Virus record (IMG/VR): IMGVR_UViG_3300034091_000153
Coordinates: 1 to 11,108 of that record
Strand: one strand, 5' to 3'
DNA: 11,108 nt
Shown: positions 7,979 through 11,108 of the stretch, one piece after another
Position numbering within the stretch: position 1 is the stretch's first letter
How the letters are laid out: every line of letters begins with the position of its first letter
Made by a program: the position numbers and the translations under genes
The notes under the pieces: generated by a model
The model's input: the letters and a program-made list of their open reading frames with translations, nothing else
What the model was told of the DNA's origin: nothing
Databases searched by the model: none

Positions 7979-8530
7979 CTATTTATCTGAGACTGATTTG
8001 ATGAGCAAGTCCTTAACCACCTCCGGCACTTCCGGCTCCCTGAGAGGATGGCACACTTCGCATACATCGTGCTGCTTCTGGCGAAGATTCCAAGTTGGAG
8101 CCAAATCTCTATCTCCAGCGGGGTAAAAGGCTACTTTGCAGTGTGTGCAGGTTAGGCGCGTGAGCTTTCCCGTCTCCCGATCCCAAACAGGGCTTAGATC
8201 GTCCGATAGACAAGCACAAAAAGGGCATACATCCAATTGGGAGAGTTGAGGCACTTCCGGCTCCGGCGCGAGGAACATGCGGCGCTGCCACTCTGTCGCC
8301 ACGAATTCATATATTTCACCTTCACAGCACCCTCGATGCGAACTCCTGTAGTCGGACATTATCCGATGCACTTCGGGTATTGGAGGCACAATCGGATTCT
8401 CGGCCACCCAGCGCAGGGCTTCTTCGAGGCACGGCAAAATATCGTTTGGGTTGAAGTGGTTGTAATCCTGCACGGCCATTTTCGCCGTTTCGAGCATCCC
8501 TTCTGGCACCTGAATCTTCTTCTCGCTCAT
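7979..8530 (-). CDS. Mosaic hypothetical protein with a Lar-like Zn-binding module, 183 aa; frame stays open to 7883 after a TAG
   Basis: Strong AAGGAG RBS. CPFC...CTHC...WNLR resembles the Lar restriction-alleviation pattern. EPEVP occurs twice. Confidence 0.8.
   Translation of the reverse strand: MSEKKIQVPEGMLETAKMAVQDYNHFNPNDILPCLEEALRWVAENPIVPPIPEVHRIMSDYRSSHRGCCEGEIYEFVATEWQRRMFLAPEPEVPQLSQLDVCPFCACLSDDLSPVWDRETGKLTRLTCTHCKVAFYPAGDRDLAPTWNLRQKQHDVCEVCHPLREPEVPEVVKDLLIKSVSDK
8025..8264. repeat. 15-bp direct repeat pair (8025-8039 and 8250-8264) flanking the Zn module
   Basis: ggcacttccggctcc twice, offset 225 bp (75 codons). Confidence 0.85.
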
Positions 8531-8637
8531 CGCTTCTCCTTGGCTTGCAGATTGAATTGCGCGGGCCGGGCTTGATACCGGCTAGGGGCTTGCATATGGC
8601 CTTTAACGCTTTTGCAGCCGCCAATAATTCTAGCGAC

Positions 8638-8967
8638 TCACGCCGGGAAATTCCGGCCACATTCTTGGCAGCGTAGTTGATCCGGCCCCCAGGAAACTAC
8701 CTTTTCGGAACTCTGGCAGCTTGGACAGGCTCTTGCCTTGGGACGCACTTCCCGCTTTCGTGGCGCAGCCTCCGTCTGACGTTTTTCTCGCTGTACCGCG
8801 ACAGGCATTTCTCGCACCTGATCCGCGCGTCCTTTTGCTTCGGCAACGATTTTCCCATTCTGCCTCTCTCGGTCCCAGTAAGGACTCTTACACTTTCCGC
8901 ATCGCACTGGCCGCACCAACCGTGTGCACCATTGCTGTCCACATCGCAGGCATGTCTTGATCTCCAC
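8638..8967 (-). CDS. Double zinc-ribbon putative DNA-binding protein, 109 aa; first gene of the minus-strand block
   Basis: CLRCGQQW...PVRCGKCKSPYW and CPSC...CQEC. GTG 8967 sits at the predicted +1 of the adjacent promoter (ORF-track start is 8982). Confidence 0.8.
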   Translation of the reverse strand: MEIKTCLRCGQQWCTRLVRPVRCGKCKSPYWDRERQNGKIVAEAKGRADQVREMPVAVQREKRQTEAAPRKREVRPKARACPSCQSSEKVVSWGPDQLRCQECGRNFPA

Positions 8968-8973
8968 ATTAGT

Positions 8974-9001
8974 AGTGTACACGATATAGGAGCACTGTCA
9001 A
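8974..9001 (-). promoter_or_regulatory. Sigma70-type promoter for the minus-strand block
   Basis: TTGACA (9001-8996), 16 nt, TACACT (8979-8974). Palindrome GTGTACAC (8975-8982) covers the -10. Confidence 0.7.
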
Positions 9002-9004
9002 GAA

Positions 9005-9545
9005 CTATTTTCAGGAACCCGTCACTGGCCGCTGGAACGGTCAAAGCCCTTGCGCCGCCACACCCCGGACAACTTCCGCGCACTACTGGCACCGCTCGCC
9101 GCGCAACGCCAATAGAGGCACCAACTTAGCGCCAGTAACGGCATCAGAGTGCCCCCTGCGCTGTAGGTTCCCGCCGCGGGCGCACCGGCGAAGCCCGCGG
9201 AAGGCCCCACGCCACTGCTCCCCGCACCGCCTATGGCGCCGCCGCCGAAGTTGATACTCGCGCTGTGGATCTGCGCGGTCGAAAGAGAGATTGCCTTGGC
9301 TCCTGCCTCGGCGCCCGTAGCACGAGGCGCGGTTGCCTTTGGCGCGACAGCTCTTGTCGAAGATGTGATCCGGCTTGCCGGACAATCGCGCCAGGACTGG
9401 CTCGCCCACGCAAGGCCGTACTGCCGCATAGCCATCATGCCCCAGCCAATTAGCGCCCAATCCGCACGCGATCCGCAAGACCCGTATTTGACGGCACGAA
9501 GAGATTACCCCTTTGAGGACGCCTCCGTCCATATTGATATGCGAC
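9005..9545. other. GC-rich, hairpin-dense intergenic region between divergent units (candidate structured RNA, or packaging/origin region)
   Basis: No convincing ORF; about ten short stems found by eye (see findings). Confidence 0.4.
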
Positions 9546-9571
9546 ACTGTAAAATAATTTGCATTGGGGTA

Positions 9572-9651
9572 TTGACAAGTATGATAGAGTGCGCTATGGT
9601 GGTTGTGTAAGTGAGAGGACAAACACCATGTCCTCATGGAGATTGAAAATG
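9572..9651 (+). promoter_or_regulatory. Sigma70 promoter, conserved hairpin leader and RBS (copy 1)
   Basis: TTGACA (9572-9577), 17 nt, TATGGT (9595-9600). Leader GTAAGTGA-GAGGACA-aacacca-TGTCCTC-AT-GGAGA-ttgaaa-ATG. Confidence 0.8.
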
Positions 9652-9957
9652 ACACTCAAAACTTACACTCACATTACAGTCACGCAGGACGGCTGGTCTG
9701 TGTCTTGCACGACCGGGGCGGGCATCAATGGCGCCATCCTCTCACTTCGGCGCTTTCGCATCGCTGGACGCGACATGGGTTGCAATGGAACCAGAGGATA
9801 CGGCGACGGCAGACTCTTCGCCACCACCCAGGCAGCGTGGCAATGGGCCTTCGATCACGGTTATATTCGCCTTCACTTTACCCATCCCGAGACTCGCGCA
9901 AGGCGTAAAGCCACCCAGTCTTGGGACTGGATGACGCGTAAACTACGATTTTCCTAG
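9649..9957 (+). CDS. Early-type hypothetical protein, 102 aa
   Basis: ATG 9649 with GGAGA 6 nt upstream, downstream of the promoter. The ORF-track start at 9559 lies upstream of the promoter. Confidence 0.8.
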   Translation: MTLKTYTHITVTQDGWSVSCTTGAGINGAILSLRRFRIAGRDMGCNGTRGYGDGRLFATTQAAWQWAFDHGYIRLHFTHPETRARRKATQSWDWMTRKLRFS

Positions 9958-9984
9958 CCGGCCTGGGGCCCGAAGGAACCAACA

Positions 9985-10191
9985 ATGAGTGAATTCAAGT
10001 TTTTTCAGTGTCTTTCCTGCGGATATAGCGGCTCGATTAGTGAAACTGAGATCGCCAAGCACAGGTCGCGGTGTAGTACAGGCCCAACTGCGCCCCTCAA
10101 ACACCCGATTCCAGATGACCTGAAAGCGCTGTATGGTTTCGCACTCAAGGGAGAATACCGCATTTTCGTTTACTTTCACCATCAAGTGTGA
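9985..10191 (+). CDS. Small putative Zn-finger protein, 68 aa
   Basis: GAAGGA RBS; CLSC...H...C. Confidence 0.65.
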   Translation: MSEFKFFQCLSCGYSGSISETEIAKHRSRCSTGPTAPLKHPIPDDLKALYGFALKGEYRIFVYFHHQV

Positions 10192-10197
10192 TAAGGT
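10169..10197 (+). promoter_or_regulatory. Putative promoter for the HTH gene
   Basis: TTTACT (10169-10174), 17 nt, TAAGGT (10192-10197), preceded by a TGn extended -10. ATG follows after 6 nt. TAAGGTG could also act as an SD. Confidence 0.5.
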
Positions 10198-10203
10198 GCG
10201 TTC

Positions 10204-10395
10204 ATGGCAAATTCACAGCAACTCGACGCTGATCTTCTCACTGTCGCGGAAACGGCACGGTATCTCAAAGTCTCTGAGCAGACCGTGCGCAAGCTCATAA
10301 AAGCCGGTAAGCTCGTAGGCCGCAAGATCGGGACCGGGATCAATTCGCGCCTGCGCATCTCAGCATCCAGCATCGAAAGATTCATGCGCTCATAA
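10204..10395 (+). CDS. Excisionase-like (HTH_17/MerR-type) DNA-binding protein, 63 aa
   Basis: LLTVAETARYLKVSEQTVRKLIKAGKLVGRKIG...LRISASSIERF is the canonical HTH_17 pattern. Confidence 0.9.
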   Translation: MANSQQLDADLLTVAETARYLKVSEQTVRKLIKAGKLVGRKIGTGINSRLRISASSIERFMRS

Positions 10396-10428
10396 GCTGC
10401 TCATTATAGCCCACCACGCAAAAAACTC

Positions 10429-10457
10429 TTGACACTATAGAGCGACGTATATATGAT
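10429..10457 (+). promoter_or_regulatory. Near-consensus sigma70 promoter
   Basis: TTGACA (10429-10434), 17 nt, TATGAT (10452-10457), with an A-tract upstream. ATG at the predicted +1 (10464). Confidence 0.85.
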
Positions 10458-10463
10458 AGCCGC

Positions 10464-10628
10464 ATGAAGAATCCGCACGCACAAGCCTTGGGGAAGCTCG
10501 GAGGCCAAGCAACGGCCAAGAAGCCACTCACCAACGCGCAACTCGAAGCACGCCGGAAGAACGCTGCGCTAGCCAGGTCAAAAAGATTTCCACAGAAAAC
10601 TGAGATTTCCACAGGTAAAACCTCTTGA
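10464..10628 (+). CDS. Small basic protein, 54 aa (KNPxAxALGxxGG type); not in the ORF track
   Basis: Manual translation MKNPHAQALGKLGGQATAKKPLTNAQLEARRKNAALARSKRFPQKTEISTGKTS*. Has its own promoter and resembles small histone-H1-like/KGG-like basic proteins of mobile elements. Confidence 0.8.
   Translation: MKNPHAQALGKLGGQATAKKPLTNAQLEARRKNAALARSKRFPQKTEISTGKTS
10584..10614. repeat. 12-bp direct repeat AGATTTCCACAG x2
   Basis: 10584-10595 and 10603-10614, period 19 bp. Confidence 0.85.
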
Positions 10629-10698
10629 CTATTATACAGCGCCGTATTAAGCTGTATTTGTAAGTGAGAGGCAACCAGCCTCATGGAGAATGAAAATG
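10625..10698 (+). promoter_or_regulatory. Sigma70 promoter, conserved hairpin leader and RBS (copy 2)
   Basis: TTGACT (10625-10630), 17 nt, TAAGCT (10648-10653). Leader GTAAGTGA-GAGGC-aacca-GCCTC-AT-GGAGA-atgaaa-ATG. Confidence 0.8.
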
Positions 10699-10890
10699 CA
10701 GAGCACACTCGCCGGGTACCTGGAACAGGCGTTTGTAGCAGGCGAACGGGCAGCGGCAGATGCGGACGCCGACGCGAGAGATATGTGCTCCGAATGTGGC
10801 CACAGCCGTGATTCACACAAAGAACAGTACGCCGGAATTTGCATCGGCTGTCCCTGTACTGGATGGGAGGAGCCGCATCGTGAAGAATAA
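10696..10890 (+). CDS. Small Cys/His-rich metal-binding protein, 64 aa
   Basis: CSECGH...H...CIGCPC. GGAGA lies 6 nt upstream of ATG 10696. Confidence 0.75.
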   Translation: MQSTLAGYLEQAFVAGERAAADADADARDMCSECGHSRDSHKEQYAGICIGCPCTGWEEPHREE

Positions 10891-11108
10891 CCATGAACTT
10901 CATCCAGCCGCAGAGTTCGGCGTGATCCTCAATGCTCACACAGTCGAAGGGGCTCGCCTTCTGTGCGACCCCGAGGCTGTCCGCTTCATTATCGCGTCAG
11001 GCATCGAAACCAGAGGATTGCAGGAAGAAATTGACTTCACGGTCGAAGTAACGCGCCGTTATGTCTTGGGAGCCTACCGGGACGTGTTCGATGCGGACGG
11101 TGAGCAAT
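10880..11108 (+). CDS. Hypothetical protein, truncated by the window end; not in the ORF track
   Basis: GGGAGGAG RBS, GTG 10880, open to the end: MKNNHELHPAAEFGVILNAHTVEGARLLCDPEAVRFIIASGIETRGLQEEIDFTVEVTRRYVLGAYRDVFDADGEQ... Confidence 0.75.
   Translation, partial: MKNNHELHPAAEFGVILNAHTVEGARLLCDPEAVRFIIASGIETRGLQEEIDFTVEVTRRYVLGAYRDVFDADGEQ

Noticed and set aside
8322-8660. 112-aa ORF, and a 22-aa mini-ORF ending at the ATGA at 8530
   Set aside because: The first largely overlaps a better-supported gene in another frame. The second is too short and lacks an SD.
9022-9655. ORFs 9022..9438, 9083..9655 and 9233..9610
   Set aside because: Low-complexity Ala/Gly/Arg translations typical of GC-rich non-coding DNA, with no clear RBS. 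Two of them run across the 9572 promoter.
10204-10395. Calling the HTH_17 gene a true excisionase with an att site
   Set aside because: No integrase or att-like sequence in the window, and this fold is often purely regulatory.
10182-10939. Minus-strand ORFs 10182..10385 and 10382..10939
   Set aside because: Antisense to well-supported plus-strand genes and promoters.

Overview
An 11.1 kb segment of a tailed dsDNA phage or prophage, with no host genes, integrase, tRNA or CRISPR visible. The left ~9 kb is one tightly coupled minus-strand block: Zn-finger, XRE-HTH and small hypothetical genes, then a terminase small subunit-like gene, two small ORFs, terminase large subunit, a hypothetical, a probable portal and a hypothetical. 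A ~550 bp GC-rich, hairpin-dense stretch with no convincing gene (9005-9545) separates it from a divergent plus-strand cluster of small early-type genes. That cluster has near-consensus sigma70 promoters sharing a 14-bp operator-like motif, and two of them share a hairpin leader. Most striking: a perfect 76-bp direct repeat puts the same 25-aa acidic peptide near the C-terminus of the TerS-like protein and at the N-terminus of TerL, 594 bp apart and in frame, so recombination would give a TerS-TerL fusion. Also noted: an apparently premature in-frame TAG, a Lar-like module between 15-bp in-frame repeats, several apparently leaderless genes, and a 54-aa basic protein missed by the ORF track. 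All product calls come from motif recognition and gene order, not database searches.
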